Counted from the stretch's first letter, positions 40,407 through 52,786 are shown. The stretch: DNA of 64,000 bases from Lysobacterales bacterium (GCA_026005055.1 BPKI01000001.1:2188214-2252213), one strand, 5' to 3'. The notes: generated from the sequence alone by a model not told the origin. A program made the numbers and translations.

Positions 40407-40905
40407 GACCGAGGATCTCCTCAACCGTCTTCCCGCGCTTGGCGGCGATGTATTCTGGCGAGACGATCTGCTTCAGGCCGCGGACCGTGGCCCGCGCGAG
40501 ATTGATCGGGTTGCGCGATCCGAAGGCCTTGGCGAGCACGTTGCGCACGCCCACTGCCTCGAAGACGGCGCGCATGGCGCCACCCGCGATCACGCCCGTG
40601 CCTTCGGAGGCCGGCTGCATGTAGACCTTCGCCGCACCATGGCGCGCGGTCACGGCGTGCCACAGGGTGCCGCCGTTGAGATGGATCGCGACCATGTTGC
40701 GGCGCGCCTTCTCCATCGCCTTTTGGATCGCGACCGGGACCTCGCGCGCCTTGCCGTAGCCGATGCCGACTCGGCCGGCGCCGTCTCCGACCACGGTGAG
40801 GGCGGTGAAGCTCATTTGCCGTCCGCCCTTGACCGTCTTCGCCACTCGATTCACGGCCACCAGCTTTTCGATCAGACCGTCGCTGTTTTCGCGTTCGACG
40901 TTCAT
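40393..40905 (-). CDS. rpsE: 30S ribosomal protein S5
   Basis: [32 protein letters not shown], 170 aa. Confidence 0.95.
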   Translation of the reverse strand: MNVERENSDGLIEKLVAVNRVAKTVKGGRQMSFTALTVVGDGAGRVGIGYGKAREVPVAIQKAMEKARRNMVAIHLNGGTLWHAVTARHGAAKVYMQPASEGTGVIAGGAMRAVFEAVGVRNVLAKAFGSRNPINLARATVRGLKQIVSPEYIAAKRGKTVEEILGHGAK

Positions 40906-40923
40906 AACGGGATTCCAGAGAGA

Positions 40924-41289
40924 TCAGAACTCAAGGCCCGCTGCCCGCGCGGCTTCGGCCAGCGCGGCGATGCGCCCGTGATATTTGAAACCCGAGCGGT
41001 CGAAGGCCACCTTGCTCACACCCTTGGCGCGCGCACGCTCGGCGATGATCCGGCCGACCACGGCGGCCGCCGCCTTGTTCTTGGTTCCGCCCGCGATGCC
41101 TTCGCGAACGGAGGGCTGCACGGTGGAGGCGGCCGCGATCACGCTCCGCCCATCGGCGGCGATGACCTGCGCGTAGAGGTGCTGATTGCTCCGGTGCACG
41201 GTCAGGCGAGGCACTCCGAGCTCGCGGATGTGCAGTCTCGTCGCACGCGCGCGCCGCAGGCGGGCCAGCTTCTTCTCCTGGGGATTCAT
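40924..41289 (-). CDS. rplR: 50S ribosomal protein L18
   Basis: ATG 41287-41289. ..[16 protein letters not shown].., 121 aa. Confidence 0.95.
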   Translation of the reverse strand: MNPQEKKLARLRRARATRLHIRELGVPRLTVHRSNQHLYAQVIAADGRSVIAAASTVQPSVREGIAGGTKNKAAAAVVGRIIAERARAKGVSKVAFDRSGFKYHGRIAALAEAARAAGLEF

Positions 41290-41305
41290 CGCGAATTCCT
41301 CCGCA

Positions 41306-41836
41306 TCAGGTCTTCTTCGCTTGTTTGAGCACGATCTTCTCGCCGGCATAACGCACGCCCTTGCCCTTGTAGGGCTCGGGCGGGCGGAACGCCCGGATCT
41401 TGGCCGCGACCTCGCCCACCCGCTGGCGATCCGCTCCGCGAATCACGATCTCCGTCTGGCTCGGGGTCTCGATGGTGATTCCCTCAGGTGCGACGAAGGT
41501 GACCGGATGGGAGAACCCCAGAGTCAGGCTCAGGGTCTTGCCCTGCATCGAGGCGCGGTAACCCACGCCAACGAGCTCGAGCTTCTTCTCGAAGCCGGAG
41601 GATACGCCCTTCACCATGTTCCCGAGGATCGCGCGATAAGTCCCGGCGAGGGCGATCGCCTCCTCGTCGGTGGTTTCGACCCGCAGGGCACCTCCGTCGA
41701 GCCGAACGCGCACCGCCGGGTTCGTGATGGAAAGCGACAAGGCGCCCTTCGGCCCCTTCACCTGGACCGCGCCCTCGCTGACCTGGCACTCCACCCCTTT
41801 CGGCAGGGGAAGCGGCTTCTTCGCAACTCGCGACAT
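41306..41836 (-). CDS. rplF: 50S ribosomal protein L6
   Basis: ATG 41834-41836. [16 protein letters not shown].., 176 aa. Confidence 0.95.
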   Translation of the reverse strand: MSRVAKKPLPLPKGVECQVSEGAVQVKGPKGALSLSITNPAVRVRLDGGALRVETTDEEAIALAGTYRAILGNMVKGVSSGFEKKLELVGVGYRASMQGKTLSLTLGFSHPVTFVAPEGITIETPSQTEIVIRGADRQRVGEVAAKIRAFRPPEPYKGKGVRYAGEKIVLKQAKKT

Positions 41837-41847
41837 GGCACGACTCC

Positions 41848-42243
41848 TCAAGCGACCAAGGCGATGATCTCGCCGCCCACACCCAGCTCGCGCGCCTTGC
41901 GGTCGGTCATCAATCCCTTGGAGGTCGAGACGATGGCGATACCGAGCCCGCCCAGGACCTTCGGCAATGCGTCCTTCCCGCGGTACTGTCGAAGCCCCGG
42001 ACGAGAGACGCGATCGATTCGTTCGATCACCGGCCGACCACGGTAATACTTGAGGACGAGTTCGAGCGAGGCTTTCGCGCCCTCGCGACGGACCTTGACG
42101 TCCGCCAGATAGCCCTCCTCCTTGAGCAGCTCGGCGATGGCAAGCTTCAGTTTCGATGCCGGCATGCTCACGGTCTCATGCCCGACCGCCTGCGCGTTGC
42201 GGATGCGGGTGAACATGTCGGCAATGGGATCAGTCATGCTCAT
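41848..42243 (-). CDS. rpsH: 30S ribosomal protein S8
   Basis: ATG 42241-42243. [17 protein letters not shown].., 131 aa. Confidence 0.95.
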   Translation of the reverse strand: MSMTDPIADMFTRIRNAQAVGHETVSMPASKLKLAIAELLKEEGYLADVKVRREGAKASLELVLKYYRGRPVIERIDRVSRPGLRQYRGKDALPKVLGGLGIAIVSTSKGLMTDRKARELGVGGEIIALVA

Positions 42244-42282
42244 GGGGAATCCTCTCGTTCGCAAGCACCGATATCCGCGCTC

Positions 42283-42588
42283 TCACCAGCTCGCCTTGCG
42301 CACGCCCGGGACGTCGCCGCGCATGGCCGCCTCGCGCAGCTTGTTGCGCCCGAGGTTGAACTTGCGATAGACGGCGCGAGGACGCCCGGACAAGGCACAG
42401 CGGGTCCGCAGCCGAACCGGGCTCGAATCGCGGGGAAGCTTCTGCAGGGCGACCTGCGCGGCCATGCGTTCCTCGAGACTGCTCGCCGGATCGTGGATGA
42501 TTTTCTTGAGCGCCTCGCGCTTCTTCGCGTAGCGCTCGATCAGGCGGGCGCGCTTGAGATCGCGGTTGACCATGCTCTTCTTGGCCAT
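42283..42588 (-). CDS. rpsN: 30S ribosomal protein S14
   Basis: [24 protein letters not shown].., 101 aa. Confidence 0.95.
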   Translation of the reverse strand: MAKKSMVNRDLKRARLIERYAKKREALKKIIHDPASSLEERMAAQVALQKLPRDSSPVRLRTRCALSGRPRAVYRKFNLGRNKLREAAMRGDVPGVRKASW

Positions 42589-42603
42589 CGGCGGGCTCCC
42601 TCG

Positions 42604-43143
42604 TCAGTTCCGGAAGGGGAAATTGAACGCTTCGAGCAGGGCCTTCGCCTCCGCATCGCTTCTCGCGTTGGTGGTGATGGCGATGTCCAGGCCGCGCACC
42701 GCGTCGATCTGGTCGAAATCGATCTCCGGGAAGATGATCTGCTCCTTGATTCCCAGGTTGTAGTTGCCGCGACCGTCGAAGGCGCGGGCGCTCAAGCCGC
42801 GGAAATCGCGCACGCGCGGGAGCGCGATGTTGATCAGCCGGTCGAGGAATTCATACATCCGGGCGCGGCGCAAAGTCACCTTGCAGCCGATCGGCCAGCC
42901 ATCGCGGATCTTGAAGCTCGCCACCGACTTGCGCGCCTTGGTCGCTACCGGCTTCTGGCCGGCGATGCGGGCGAGATCGGCCATCGCGTTCTCGAGGATC
43001 TTCTTGTTGCCGACGGCCTCGCCCACGCCCATGTTGAGGGTGATCTTGACCAAGCGCGGTACCTGCATCGGATTGCGGTAACCGAAGCGCTGCATCAGCT
43101 TCGGCACCACCTCCTCCCGATAAATCTTTTCCAGACGGGTCAT
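42604..43143 (-). CDS. rplE: 50S ribosomal protein L5
   Basis: [22 protein letters not shown].., 179 aa. Confidence 0.95.
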   Translation of the reverse strand: MTRLEKIYREEVVPKLMQRFGYRNPMQVPRLVKITLNMGVGEAVGNKKILENAMADLARIAGQKPVATKARKSVASFKIRDGWPIGCKVTLRRARMYEFLDRLINIALPRVRDFRGLSARAFDGRGNYNLGIKEQIIFPEIDFDQIDAVRGLDIAITTNARSDAEAKALLEAFNFPFRN

Positions 43144-43154
43144 CGTCGCTCACC

Positions 43155-43469
43155 TCAGACGTCGACGACCTCGCCGGTGGAGCGAAACACTCGCACCTTG
43201 CGGCCGTCCTCGAGAATCTTGAAGCCAACCCGGTCGCCCTTCTTGGTGGCCGGATTGAACAGCATGACGTTGGAGATATGGATGGGCGCCTCGCGTTCGA
43301 TGATGCCCCCGGGCTGGTTCGCCGCCGGGTTGGGCTTCTGATGACGCTTCACCAGATTGACGTTCTGCACGATGACATGCTCATCGAGCACGCGCAGCAC
43401 CTCGCCGCGTTGCCCCTTGTTCTTGCCGGCGATCACCACGACCTGATCGCCTTTGCGGATCCTCTTCAT
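43155..43469 (-). CDS. rplX: 50S ribosomal protein L24
   Basis: ATG 43467-43469 is preceded by [27 protein letters not shown].. The ORF-track start 43475 is a TTG. Confidence 0.92.
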   Translation of the reverse strand: MKRIRKGDQVVVIAGKNKGQRGEVLRVLDEHVIVQNVNLVKRHQKPNPAANQPGGIIEREAPIHISNVMLFNPATKKGDRVGFKILEDGRKVRVFRSTGEVVDV

Positions 43470-43488
43470 CGCCAAGCCTCCTCCTCGC

Positions 43489-43857
43489 TCACAGCACTTC
43501 CGGAGCGAGCGAGACGATCTTCATGAAACGCTCGCTGCGCAGCTCGCGCGTGACCGGCCCGAAGATGCGGGTGCCGATCGGCTCGAGCTTGTTGTTGAGC
43601 AACACGGCGGCATTGCCGTCGAAACGGATCACCGAGCCATCGGCGCGGCGCACGCCGCGCTTGGTGCGCACGACCACCGCGTTGTAAACCTCGCCCTTCT
43701 TGACCTTGGCGCGAGGTATGGCGTCGCGGACGCTCACCTTGATCACATCGCCGATGTGCGCATAGCGTCGCTTGGATCCACCTAACACCTTGATGCACAT
43801 CAACTCGCGAGCGCCGCTGTTGTCGGCCACCTCGAGGATCGTCTGCATCTGGATCAT
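43489..43857 (-). CDS. rplN: 50S ribosomal protein L14
   Basis: [28 protein letters not shown].., 122 aa. Confidence 0.95.
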   Translation of the reverse strand: MIQMQTILEVADNSGARELMCIKVLGGSKRRYAHIGDVIKVSVRDAIPRAKVKKGEVYNAVVVRTKRGVRRADGSVIRFDGNAAVLLNNKLEPIGTRIFGPVTRELRSERFMKIVSLAPEVL

Positions 43858-43881
43858 GGCTCGAACCTCCGAATCGACTGA

Positions 43882-44166
43882 TCAGGCACCGACCCGCGTC
43901 ACCACCTCGACCACGCGGTGGTGCTTGGTCTTGGAGATCGGCCGGCATTCCGCGATCCTCACCACGTCGCCCTCCTGGCAGCCGAACTCGTCGTGCGCAT
44001 GGAGCTTGGTGGTGCGGGTGACGTACTTGCCGTAGAGCGGGTGCTTGACCCGGCGCTCGATCACGACCGTCACCGTCTTCTGCATCTTATTGCTCACCAC
44101 CCGCCCTTCCAGGGTGCGGACCGCCTTCTTCGCCCCGGCGCTGGGCTTCACCTCGACTTCAGTCAC
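43882..44166 (-). CDS. rpsQ: 30S ribosomal protein S17
   Basis: ..[31 protein letters not shown].. GTG start overlapping the rpmC stop. Confidence 0.92.
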   Translation of the reverse strand: MTEVEVKPSAGAKKAVRTLEGRVVSNKMQKTVTVVIERRVKHPLYGKYVTRTTKLHAHDEFGCQEGDVVRIAECRPISKTKHHRVVEVVTRVGA

Positions 44167-44360
44167 GACCGACCTCCCGCCTTCTCCGCGAGCACCGTCT
44201 TGACGCGCGCGATGTCTCGGCGCACCCGCCTGAGCTCGTGCGTCTGCTTGAGCTGCCCGGATGCCTTTTGCATGCGCAGGGAGAACTGCTCCTTGCGCAA
44301 GTCGAGCAACTCGGCCTCGAGCTCGCTCTTGGACTTGTTGCGAAGATCTTTCGCTTCCAT
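44163..44360 (-). CDS. rpmC: 50S ribosomal protein L29
   Basis: [26 protein letters not shown].. ATG 44358-44360 overlaps the rplP TGA by 1 nt (GTG 44363 is the alternative). Confidence 0.92.
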   Translation of the reverse strand: MEAKDLRNKSKSELEAELLDLRKEQFSLRMQKASGQLKQTHELRRVRRDIARVKTVLAEKAGGRS

Positions 44361-44773
44361 CACATCACCCTCCGGCTCACGAAGGCGGTCTTCACGGACA
44401 GCTTCGCCGCCGCCAAACGGAAGGCCTCGCGCGCCTGCTCCTCGCTGACGCCCTCGATCTCGTAAAGAACCCGTCCCGGCTGCACCGGGCAGGCGTAGAA
44501 CTCGACGTTGCCCTTGCCGGAACCCATGCGGACCTCGATCGGCTTACGGGTAATCGGCTTGTCCGGGAAGATCCGAATCCAGAGCTTGCCGCCGCGCTTG
44601 ACGAAGCGGGTGATGGCGCGCCGAGCGGCCTCGATCTGGCGCGCCGAGAGCAGGCCATGGCTCATCGCCTTCAGCCCGAACTCGCCGAAGCTGACCTCGT
44701 TGCCGGCCTGGGCATAACCTCGGTTTCGGCCTTTCTGCACTTTCCGGTATTTGGTTCGCTTGGGTTGCAGCAT
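44360..44773 (-). CDS. rplP: 50S ribosomal protein L16
   Basis: [19 protein letters not shown].., 137 aa. Confidence 0.95.
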   Translation of the reverse strand: MLQPKRTKYRKVQKGRNRGYAQAGNEVSFGEFGLKAMSHGLLSARQIEAARRAITRFVKRGGKLWIRIFPDKPITRKPIEVRMGSGKGNVEFYACPVQPGRVLYEIEGVSEEQAREAFRLAAAKLSVKTAFVSRRVM

Positions 44774-44784
44774 GTGCGGTCACC

Positions 44785-45465
44785 TCACTTCGCCTGGGCC
44801 CGCTCGACTTTGGAAGCCTCCTCCGTGGAACCGGGGAAGCCGAAGACGTCGCCTTTGTAGATCCACACCTTGACACCGATGACGCCATAGGTGGTCTTGG
44901 CCTCGGCGAAGCCGTAGTCGATGTCGGCGCGGAAGGTGTGCAAGGGAACGCGGCCTTCGCGGTACCACTCCGAACGCGCGATCTCGGCGCCATTGAGCCG
45001 GCCGGCGACGTTGACCTTGATGCCGAGCGCTCCGAGCCGCATCGCATTGCCGACCGCGCGCTTCATCGCGCGGCGGAACATGATCCGTCGCTCGAGCTGC
45101 TGCGCGATCGATTCCGCCACGAGTTGGGCCTCGAGCTCGGGCTTCTTGATCTCCACCACGTTGAGGTGGGTGGGAACCCCGAGCAGCGCCGAGATTTCGC
45201 TACGCAGACGCTCGATTTCCTCGCCCTTCTTGCCGATGACCACCCCGGGGCGCGCGGCATGGATGGTCACGCGGGCGTTCTTCGCCGGCCGCTCGATCAC
45301 GATCCGGCTCACCCCCGCGCCGGCGAGCTTCTCCTGCAGAATCCGCCTCACCTGCAGATCCGCTTTCAGGTAGCGGGCGTACTGCGCCTTTTCAGCATAC
45401 CAGATCGAATTCCAGTCCTTGGAGATGCCGAGTCGGATTCCGGTCGGGTGGACTTTCTGACCCAT
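44785..45465 (-). CDS. rpsC: 30S ribosomal protein S3
   Basis: [20 protein letters not shown].., 226 aa. Confidence 0.95.
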   Translation of the reverse strand: MGQKVHPTGIRLGISKDWNSIWYAEKAQYARYLKADLQVRRILQEKLAGAGVSRIVIERPAKNARVTIHAARPGVVIGKKGEEIERLRSEISALLGVPTHLNVVEIKKPELEAQLVAESIAQQLERRIMFRRAMKRAVGNAMRLGALGIKVNVAGRLNGAEIARSEWYREGRVPLHTFRADIDYGFAEAKTTYGVIGVKVWIYKGDVFGFPGSTEEASKVERAQAK

Positions 45466-45481
45466 AACGCTCTGGCTCCCG

Positions 45482-45817
45482 TCAGTGGCCGTTCGACACC
45501 ACCACCGTGATGTGGCTGGTGCGCTTGAGGATGCGCGTGCCGCGCCCCTTGGCGCGCGGTTGCATCCGCTTCAGGCGCGGACCCTCGTCGACGAAGATGC
45601 GCGCGACCTTGAGTTCGTCGACGTCGAGACCATGGTTGTTCTCGGCATTGCTGATCGCCGAGAACAGCACCTTGTAGATGATCGCCGCAGCCTTCTTATC
45701 GCTGAACTTGAGCAACTGCAGCGCCTTGCCCGTGGGCAACCCGCGCACTTGGTCGGCGACCAGACGGGCCTTCTGCGGCGAGATGCGGGCCTGGCGGAGA
45801 ACGGCTCTGCTTTCCAC
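45482..45817 (-). CDS. rplV: 50S ribosomal protein L22
   Basis: GTG 45815-45817 with GAGGAG 7 nt upstream gives (M)[25 protein letters not shown]. This is colinear with the E. coli L22 N-terminus as I recall it. The ORF-track start is 45832. Confidence 0.92.
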   Translation of the reverse strand: MESRAVLRQARISPQKARLVADQVRGLPTGKALQLLKFSDKKAAAIIYKVLFSAISNAENNHGLDVDELKVARIFVDEGPRLKRMQPRAKGRGTRILKRTSHITVVVSNGH

Positions 45818-45828
45818 GTTTCGGCTCC

Positions 45829-46101
45829 TCACTTCGTCTTCTTGTCGCCAGCGTGGCCCTTGAAGGTCCGGGTCGCCGCGAACTCGCCGAGCTTATGACC
45901 CACCATGTTCTCGTTGATCAGCACCGGTACGTGTGCGCGGCCGTTGTGGACGGCGATGGTCAGACCGACCATTTCCGGAACGATCATCGAACGCCGCGAC
46001 CACGTCTTGATCGGACGCTTGCTGTTCGAGGCGATCGCGGCCTCGACCTTGGCCATCAGATGGTGGTCCACGAACGGACCCTTCTTGAGTGAACGAGGCA
46101 T
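45829..46101 (-). CDS. rpsS: 30S ribosomal protein S19
   Basis: [20 protein letters not shown].., 90 aa. Confidence 0.95.
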   Translation of the reverse strand: MPRSLKKGPFVDHHLMAKVEAAIASNSKRPIKTWSRRSMIVPEMVGLTIAVHNGRAHVPVLINENMVGHKLGEFAATRTFKGHAGDKKTK

Positions 46102-46116
46102 CTCAGGATCCTCCCA

Positions 46117-46941
46117 TCACTTACGCCGGCGCACGATGAGGTGAGCAGTGCGCTTATTGCGCCGGGTCTTGTAGCCCTTCGTCGGCTGCCCCCAAGGCGA
46201 CACCGGATGGGGGTTGCCCTGACCCGCCTTGCCCTCTCCGCCGCCGTGCGGATGATCGACCGGATTCATCGCCGCGCCGCGCACCGTCGGACGGATGCCG
46301 ATCCAGCGCTTCGCCCCGGCCTTGCCGAACTTGCGCAGGTTGTGCTCCTCGTTGCCGACCTCGCCGATGGTCGCGCGGCATTCCGCAGGAACCTTGCGCA
46401 TCTCGCCCGAGCGCAAGCGCAGCGTAGCCCAGGCGCCATCACGCGCGACGAGCTGGCAGGAGGCCCCGGCGCTGCGCGCAAGCTGCGCCCCGCGGCCCGG
46501 CTTGAGCTCGACGCAGTGCACCGTGGTACCGATCGGCACGTTGCGAAGCGGCAGGGCATTGCCGACGCGAATGGGCGCATCGCGGCCCGACATCAACTGA
46601 TCCCCGACGGCGACACCCTTGGGCGCGATGATGTACCGCCGCTCACCATCGGCATAGAGCAGCAGGGCGATGTGGGCGGTACGGTTGGGGTCGTACTCGA
46701 GCCGCTCGACACGCGCCGGGATGCCGTCCTTGTCGCGCTTGAAATCGATGATCCGGTAGTGCTGCTTGTGACCACCCCCGCGATGGCGGGTCGTGATCCG
46801 GCCATAGTGGTTGCGCCCACCGGTCTTCTTCTGAGGCTCGATGAGCGCCTCATGGGGCCGGCCTCGATGCAGGCCCGGCGTGACCACCCGCACCACCGCG
46901 CGGCGTCCGGGCGAAGTCGGCTTTAACTTGATCACTGGCAT
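46117..46941 (-). CDS. rplB: 50S ribosomal protein L2
   Basis: [20 protein letters not shown].., 274 aa. Confidence 0.95.
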   Translation of the reverse strand: MPVIKLKPTSPGRRAVVRVVTPGLHRGRPHEALIEPQKKTGGRNHYGRITTRHRGGGHKQHYRIIDFKRDKDGIPARVERLEYDPNRTAHIALLLYADGERRYIIAPKGVAVGDQLMSGRDAPIRVGNALPLRNVPIGTTVHCVELKPGRGAQLARSAGASCQLVARDGAWATLRLRSGEMRKVPAECRATIGEVGNEEHNLRKFGKAGAKRWIGIRPTVRGAAMNPVDHPHGGGEGKAGQGNPHPVSPWGQPTKGYKTRRNKRTAHLIVRRRK

Positions 46942-46957
46942 GGCGGATCACTCCCGA

Positions 46958-47257
46958 TCAGGCTCGCTGAGCCGTGACGTCGATGGTCTGTCCCTCGCGC
47001 AGCCGCACGTAAGCCTTGCGGATACCGGAACGCTCCCCGGCGCGGAAACGGAAATTCTTGCGCTTGCCGCGGATGTTGACCACGTTGACCTTCAGCACTT
47101 CCACGCCGAAGAGCTGCTCGACCGCCGCCTTGACCTCGGCCTTGGTGGCATCCGGCGCGACCTCGAAGACGTATTGATTGGACAGCTCCTGCAGACGCGC
47201 GGTCTTCTCGGACAAGCGCGGCGCGCGCAGGACCTGATAGAGACGTTCGTTGCTCAT
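46958..47257 (-). CDS. rplW: 50S ribosomal protein L23
   Basis: ATG 47255-47257 forms an ATGA overlap with the rplD stop. [18 protein letters not shown].., 99 aa. Confidence 0.92.
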   Translation of the reverse strand: MSNERLYQVLRAPRLSEKTARLQELSNQYVFEVAPDATKAEVKAAVEQLFGVEVLKVNVVNIRGKRKNFRFRAGERSGIRKAYVRLREGQTIDVTAQRA

Positions 47258-47859
47258 GCGAGCCAACCCTCGAGCTTCTTCACCGCCCCAACCGTCATGA
47301 CCACACGCTCGGCCCCGACGAGGCTCACCGGATCGAGCGCATCGCTGTCGAGCACCAAGACGTCGGGAACATTGCGCGATGCGAGATAGAGCGCCTCGCT
47401 ACATTGATCGGTGACGACCAGCGTGCGTCCGTGCCGCAGTTCGCCGAGGGTCTCCAAGAACAGCTTGGTCTTCGGCTCGGGCACGTCGATCTCCGGGACC
47501 ACAGTGAGCCGGCCCTGCCGAAGCAGCTCGGAAACGATCGCGCGCATCGCGCCGCGATACATCTTCCGGTTGACCTTCTGCGCGTGGTCCCGCGGACGCG
47601 CGGCGAACGTGACGCCGCCACCGCGCCAGAGCGGCGAACGGATGCTTCCGGCACGAGCCCGTCCCGTGCCCTTCTGGCGCCACGGTTTCCTGCCGCCGCC
47701 GCGAACGTCACCCCGATTCTTCTGGGCCTTGGTGCCCGCGCGCGCACCCGCCAGATAAGCGGTCACGACCTGATGGACCAGTGCCTCGCTGAACTCGCGG
47801 CCGAAGACGGCCTCGGAGACCTCGATCGCGCCCGACCCGCCGATGACTGGGAGTTCCAT
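47254..47859 (-). CDS. rplD: 50S ribosomal protein L4
   Basis: ATG 47857-47859 is preceded by [32 protein letters not shown].., 201 aa. Confidence 0.92.
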   Translation of the reverse strand: MELPVIGGSGAIEVSEAVFGREFSEALVHQVVTAYLAGARAGTKAQKNRGDVRGGGRKPWRQKGTGRARAGSIRSPLWRGGGVTFAARPRDHAQKVNRKMYRGAMRAIVSELLRQGRLTVVPEIDVPEPKTKLFLETLGELRHGRTLVVTDQCSEALYLASRNVPDVLVLDSDALDPVSLVGAERVVMTVGAVKKLEGWLA

Positions 47860-47869
47860 CGTCTTCACC

Positions 47870-48523
47870 TCAGCTCTTCGCCGAACCGTACTTCGCCGAC
47901 GGGCGCACGATCACATCGCCTCCGTTCGCGCCCGGCACCGCACCCTTCACAGCGATCAAGCCGCGCTCGGCATCGACGCGGACGACTTCGAGGTTGAGCG
48001 CCGAGCAGCGAACGGCGCCCATGTGGCCCGCCATCCTCTTACCCTTGAAGACGCGCCCCGGCGTCTGGCGCTGACCGATCGAGCCGGGGGCGCGATGCGA
48101 AAGGGAGTTACCGTGGCTGGCATCGCCCATCGTGAAGCCATGCCGTTTCACCGTGCCCTGAAAGCCCTTTCCCTTGCTGATGCCCGCGACGTCCACGCGC
48201 TGTCCCACGGAAAAGATGTCGGCGCGGATTTCTCCGCCCACTTGGAAGCGCGCCAGCTCCTCGGGCGTCACCCGGAACTCCCAAAGCCCCCGACCCGGCT
48301 CCACGCGCGCCTTAGCGAAATGGCCGGCCTCGGGCCGGGTGAGCAAGCTGGCCCGACGCGAACCCGCGGTCACCTGGACCGCCGCGTAGCCATCGCGCTC
48401 CGGCGTCTTGATCTGGGTCACGCGATTGGGCGTGGCCTCGATCAGGGTCACGGGGATACTGCGCCCATCCTCGGTGAAAACCCGGGTCATGCCCCGCTTG
48501 CGACCGACGATTCCGATACTCAT
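47870..48523 (-). CDS. rplC: 50S ribosomal protein L3
   Basis: [20 protein letters not shown].. ATG 48521-48523 (GTG 48526 is the alternative). Confidence 0.92.
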   Translation of the reverse strand: MSIGIVGRKRGMTRVFTEDGRSIPVTLIEATPNRVTQIKTPERDGYAAVQVTAGSRRASLLTRPEAGHFAKARVEPGRGLWEFRVTPEELARFQVGGEIRADIFSVGQRVDVAGISKGKGFQGTVKRHGFTMGDASHGNSLSHRAPGSIGQRQTPGRVFKGKRMAGHMGAVRCSALNLEVVRVDAERGLIAVKGAVPGANGGDVIVRPSAKYGSAKS

Positions 48524-48551
48524 CACTGCAATCTCCCGCTGAATCCACCGG

Positions 48552-48863
48552 TCAGTGCAGCTTGATCTGCACGTCGACGCCCGCCGGCAGCTCGAGCTTC
48601 ATGAGCGCATCGACCGTCTTCTCGTTCGGATCGACGATGTCGAGGACCCGCTTGTGGGTCCGAATCTCGTACTGGTCGCGCGCATCTTTGTCGATGTGCG
48701 GCGAGATGAGCACGGTGTAGCGCTCGATCCGCGTCGGCAACGGGATCGGCCCGCGGACTTGCGCGCCGGTGCGCTTGGCGGTCTCCGCGATCTCGCCCGC
48801 CGAACGATCGATCAGACGATGATCGAAGGATTTGAGCCGGATGCGGATCTTCTGCTGTGCCAT
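48552..48863 (-). CDS. rpsJ: 30S ribosomal protein S10
   Basis: ATG 48861-48863. [19 protein letters not shown].., 103 aa. Confidence 0.95.
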   Translation of the reverse strand: MAQQKIRIRLKSFDHRLIDRSAGEIAETAKRTGAQVRGPIPLPTRIERYTVLISPHIDKDARDQYEIRTHKRVLDIVDPNEKTVDALMKLELPAGVDVQIKLH

Positions 48864-48887
48864 GGGGCTTGACTCCGACGACTTCAC

Positions 48888-48923
48888 AAAGAACGACGAG
48901 CGGGCGATCTCGGGGCCGCCCGC
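48888..48923 (-). terminator. attenuator-like GC hairpin plus U-rich tract in the tuf-rpsJ spacer (S10-leader-like)
   Basis: Minus-strand RNA GCGGGCG-GCCCCGAGAU-CGCCCGC followed by UCGUCGUUCUUU. Ends about 25 nt before the rpsJ ATG. Confidence 0.35.
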
Positions 48924-48936
48924 CCCACCGAAAGCC

Positions 48937-50127
48937 TCACTCGATGATCTTGGTCACGACGCCGGCGCCCACGGTGCGACCGCCCTCGCGGATCGCGAAG
49001 CGCAGACCCTCCTCCATCGCCACCGGCGCAATCAAACTGATCGTCAGCTTCACGTTGTCCCCAGGCATCACCATCTCCACACCCGAGGGCAACACCACCG
49101 AACCCGTCACATCCGTCGTCCGAAAATAAAACTGCGGACGATAACCATTGAAAAACGGCGTGTGCCGACCCCCCTCCTCCTTGCTCAACACATACACCTC
49201 CGCCTCAAACTTCACATGCGGCGTGATCGACCCAGGCTTGCACAACACCTGACCACGCTCCACCTCATCCCGCTTCGTCCCACGCAACAACACCCCAATA
49301 TTGTCCCCCGCACGCCCCTCATCCAATAACTTCCGAAACATCTCCACACCCGTACAGGTCGTCTTCTGCGTCGGACGCAATCCCACAATCTCCACCTCAT
49401 CCCCCACCTTGATCACCCCACGCTCCACTCGACCCGTCACCACCGTCCCTCGACCCGAAATCGAAAACACATCCTCAATCGGCATCAAAAACGGCTTGTC
49501 CACCTCCCGCACCGGCTCCGGAATATACGCATCCAACGCCTCCACCAACTTCACCAACGAAGGCATCCCCACCTCCGACTGGTCCCCCTCCAACGCCTTC
49601 AGCGCCGACCCACGAATCACCGGCACCTCATCCCCAGGAAAACCATACTTGCTCAACAACTCCCGAACCTCCATCTCCACCAAATCCAACAACTCCGGAT
49701 CATCCACCTGATCCACCTTGTTCATAAACACCACAATGTACGGCACCCCCACCTGACGCGCCAACAAAATATGCTCACGCGTCTGCGGCATCGGACCATC
49801 CGCCGCCGATACCACCAAAATCGCACCATCCATCTGCGCCGCACCCGTAATCATGTTCTTCACATAGTCCGCATGACCCGGACAATCCACATGCGCATAG
49901 TGCCGCTTCGCCGACTCATACTCCACATGCGCCGTCGCAATCGTAATCCCACGCGCACGCTCCTCCGGCGCCGCATCAATCTGATCATACGCCTTAAACT
50001 CACCCCCAAAACGCTCCGCACCCAACTTCGTCAACGCCGCCGTCAACGTCGTCTTCCCATGATCCACATGACCAATCGTCCCAACATTCACATGCGGCTT
50101 CGTGCGTACAAACTTCTCTTTGGCCAT
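48937..50127 (-). CDS. tuf: elongation factor Tu (compositionally mosaic, see findings)
   Basis: [33 protein letters not shown].., [12 protein letters not shown]. 396 aa. Confidence 0.97.
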   Translation of the reverse strand: MAKEKFVRTKPHVNVGTIGHVDHGKTTLTAALTKLGAERFGGEFKAYDQIDAAPEERARGITIATAHVEYESAKRHYAHVDCPGHADYVKNMITGAAQMDGAILVVSAADGPMPQTREHILLARQVGVPYIVVFMNKVDQVDDPELLDLVEMEVRELLSKYGFPGDEVPVIRGSALKALEGDQSEVGMPSLVKLVEALDAYIPEPVREVDKPFLMPIEDVFSISGRGTVVTGRVERGVIKVGDEVEIVGLRPTQKTTCTGVEMFRKLLDEGRAGDNIGVLLRGTKRDEVERGQVLCKPGSITPHVKFEAEVYVLSKEEGGRHTPFFNGYRPQFYFRTTDVTGSVVLPSGVEMVMPGDNVKLTISLIAPVAMEEGLRFAIREGGRTVGAGVVTKIIE

Positions 50128-50177
50128 GGCTCAATTTCCTCGATGGATGGTGTTCTCGACGTGGGGATTCTTGGAAA

Positions 50178-52274
50178 TCAGGACTTCTTGTTGTTGATGA
50201 CCGCATCCGCGATGTTCGCGGGCGCCTCTGCGTAATGGTCGAATTCCATGGTGAAGGTCGCTCGGCCTTGGGTCATGGAACGCAGGGCGGTCGCATAACC
50301 GAACATTTCGCCGAGCGGAACCATTGCGTTGATGATCTTGCCCGAAGGGCTGTCATCGGAACCCTGCAGGATACCCCGGCGCCGCGACAGATCGCCCATC
50401 ACGTCGCCCATGTAGTCCTCCGGCGTCACGACTTCGACCTTCATGATCGGCTCGAGGAGCACGGGATTGGCCTTCGTCACCGCCTCCTTGAAGGCCATCG
50501 ACCCGGCGATCTTGAAGGCCATTTCGGAAGAGTCCACCTCGTGAAATGAGCCGTCGACGAGCCGGACCTTGAAATCGACCACGGGATAGCCAGCGATCAC
50601 GCCGTTGGCCATCTGCTCCTGGATGCCCTTGTCCACCGCCGGAATGTATTCCTTCGGAATCACGCCGCCGACGATGGCGTTTTCGAAGATGTAGCCCTTA
50701 CCGCGCTCGAGCGGCTCGAGCTCGATGACCACGTGCCCGTACTGACCGCGACCGCCGCTCTGACGTACGAACTTTCCTTCCTGCCGGACGGGACGACGGA
50801 TGGTTTCTCGATACGCGACCTGCGGTTTGCCGACATTGGCCTCGACGCCGAATTCGCGCTTCATGCGGTCGACGATGATTTCGAGGTGCAGCTCTCCCAT
50901 CCCGGCGATGATCGTCTGACCCGACTCCTCGTCGGTCCGCACCCGGAAGGAGGGATCTTCCTGGGCGAGACGAGACAGCGCCACGCCCATCTTTTCCTGA
51001 TCGGCCTTGGTCTTGGGCTCGATCGCCATGGCGATCACGGGCTCGGGGAAGCTCATCCGCTCGAGAGTGATCGGATGACTCGGATCGCAGAGGGTGTCGC
51101 CCGTGGTGACATCCTTGAGCCCCACGGCGGCGGCGATGTCACCCGCGCGCACCTCCTTGATCTCGTCGCGCTGGTTCGCATGCATCTGCAAGAGGCGGCC
51201 GATCCGCTCTTTCTTGCCCTTCACCGAATTGAGCACGGTGTCGCCGGAGGTGACGACCCCGGAATAGACGCGGAAGAAGGTGAGCGAGCCGACGTAGGGG
51301 TCGGTCATGATCTTGAAGGCGAGACCGGCGAAGGGCGCGTCGTCGCTCGCCATCCGCGTGACCGGCCTCTCCTGATCGTCCACGCCGGCCACCGGCGGGA
51401 TGTCCACGGGGGAGGGTAGATATTGGATGACGCCGTCGAGAAGCGCCTGGACCCCCTTGTTCTTGAAGGCCGAGCCGCAGAACACGGGGATGATGCTATT
51501 GGCGATCGTCGCCTGGCGAATGCCGCGAACGATTTCCTCCTCCGCGAGCTCTCCCTCCTCGAGGTACTTGTTCATCAGCTCTTCGCTGGACTCGGCCGCG
51601 CTCTCGACGAGATGGGCGCGGGCGGCACGGCATGCCTCCAGCATCTCGGAGGGGATCTCCCGGTACTCGAAGCGCATGCCTTGCGTCTCCGGATCCCAGA
51701 TGATGGCCTTCATCTTCACGAGGTCCACCACCCCCTGGAACCCATCCTCGGCGCCGATCGGCAGCTGCATGGGAACCGGATGCGCCCCCAAGCGTTCGCG
51801 GAGCTGGCGCACGACCTTTTGAAAGTCGGCGCCGGTGCGATCCATCTTGTTGACGAAGGCCACGCGCGGAACGCGGTACTTGTTGGCCTGACGCCAGACC
51901 GTCTCCGACTGCGGTTGCACCCCACCGACCGCGCAGAGCACGAAAACCGCTCCATCGAGCACCCGCAGCGAGCGCTCGACCTCGATCGTGAAGTCGACGT
52001 GGCCGGGGGTGTCGATGATGTTGAAACGATGCTCGGGGAAGGAATGGTCCATCCCCTTCCAGAAACAGGTGGTCGCCGCCGAGGTGATGGTGATGCCCCT
52101 CTCCTGCTCCTGCTCCATCCAGTCCATGATCGCCGTTCCGTCATGGACTTCGCCGAGCTTGTGGGAGACGCCGGTATAGAACAGGATGCGCTCGGTGGTC
52201 GTGGTCTTTCCGGCATCAATGTGGGCCATGATGCCGAAGTTCCGGTAACGCTCGATGGGGGTCTTGCGCGACAC
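50178..52274 (-). CDS. fusA: elongation factor G
   Basis: [26 protein letters not shown].., 698 aa. Confidence 0.97.
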   Translation of the reverse strand: MSRKTPIERYRNFGIMAHIDAGKTTTTERILFYTGVSHKLGEVHDGTAIMDWMEQEQERGITITSAATTCFWKGMDHSFPEHRFNIIDTPGHVDFTIEVERSLRVLDGAVFVLCAVGGVQPQSETVWRQANKYRVPRVAFVNKMDRTGADFQKVVRQLRERLGAHPVPMQLPIGAEDGFQGVVDLVKMKAIIWDPETQGMRFEYREIPSEMLEACRAARAHLVESAAESSEELMNKYLEEGELAEEEIVRGIRQATIANSIIPVFCGSAFKNKGVQALLDGVIQYLPSPVDIPPVAGVDDQERPVTRMASDDAPFAGLAFKIMTDPYVGSLTFFRVYSGVVTSGDTVLNSVKGKKERIGRLLQMHANQRDEIKEVRAGDIAAAVGLKDVTTGDTLCDPSHPITLERMSFPEPVIAMAIEPKTKADQEKMGVALSRLAQEDPSFRVRTDEESGQTIIAGMGELHLEIIVDRMKREFGVEANVGKPQVAYRETIRRPVRQEGKFVRQSGGRGQYGHVVIELEPLERGKGYIFENAIVGGVIPKEYIPAVDKGIQEQMANGVIAGYPVVDFKVRLVDGSFHEVDSSEMAFKIAGSMAFKEAVTKANPVLLEPIMKVEVVTPEDYMGDVMGDLSRRRGILQGSDDSPSGKIINAMVPLGEMFGYATALRSMTQGRATFTMEFDHYAEAPANIADAVINNKKS

Positions 52275-52300
52275 GGTCCGCTCCTACTCTTCGTCCACGC

Positions 52301-52786
<486 letters not shown>

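Noticed and set aside
48832-50235. Three antisense ORFs (165, 136 and 154 aa) tiling tuf on the plus strand
   Set aside because: They are a direct by-product of the G-poor plus strand in the anomalous tuf block (few TGA/TAG possible). Translations are His/Arg/Thr/Pro/Leu-rich repeats.
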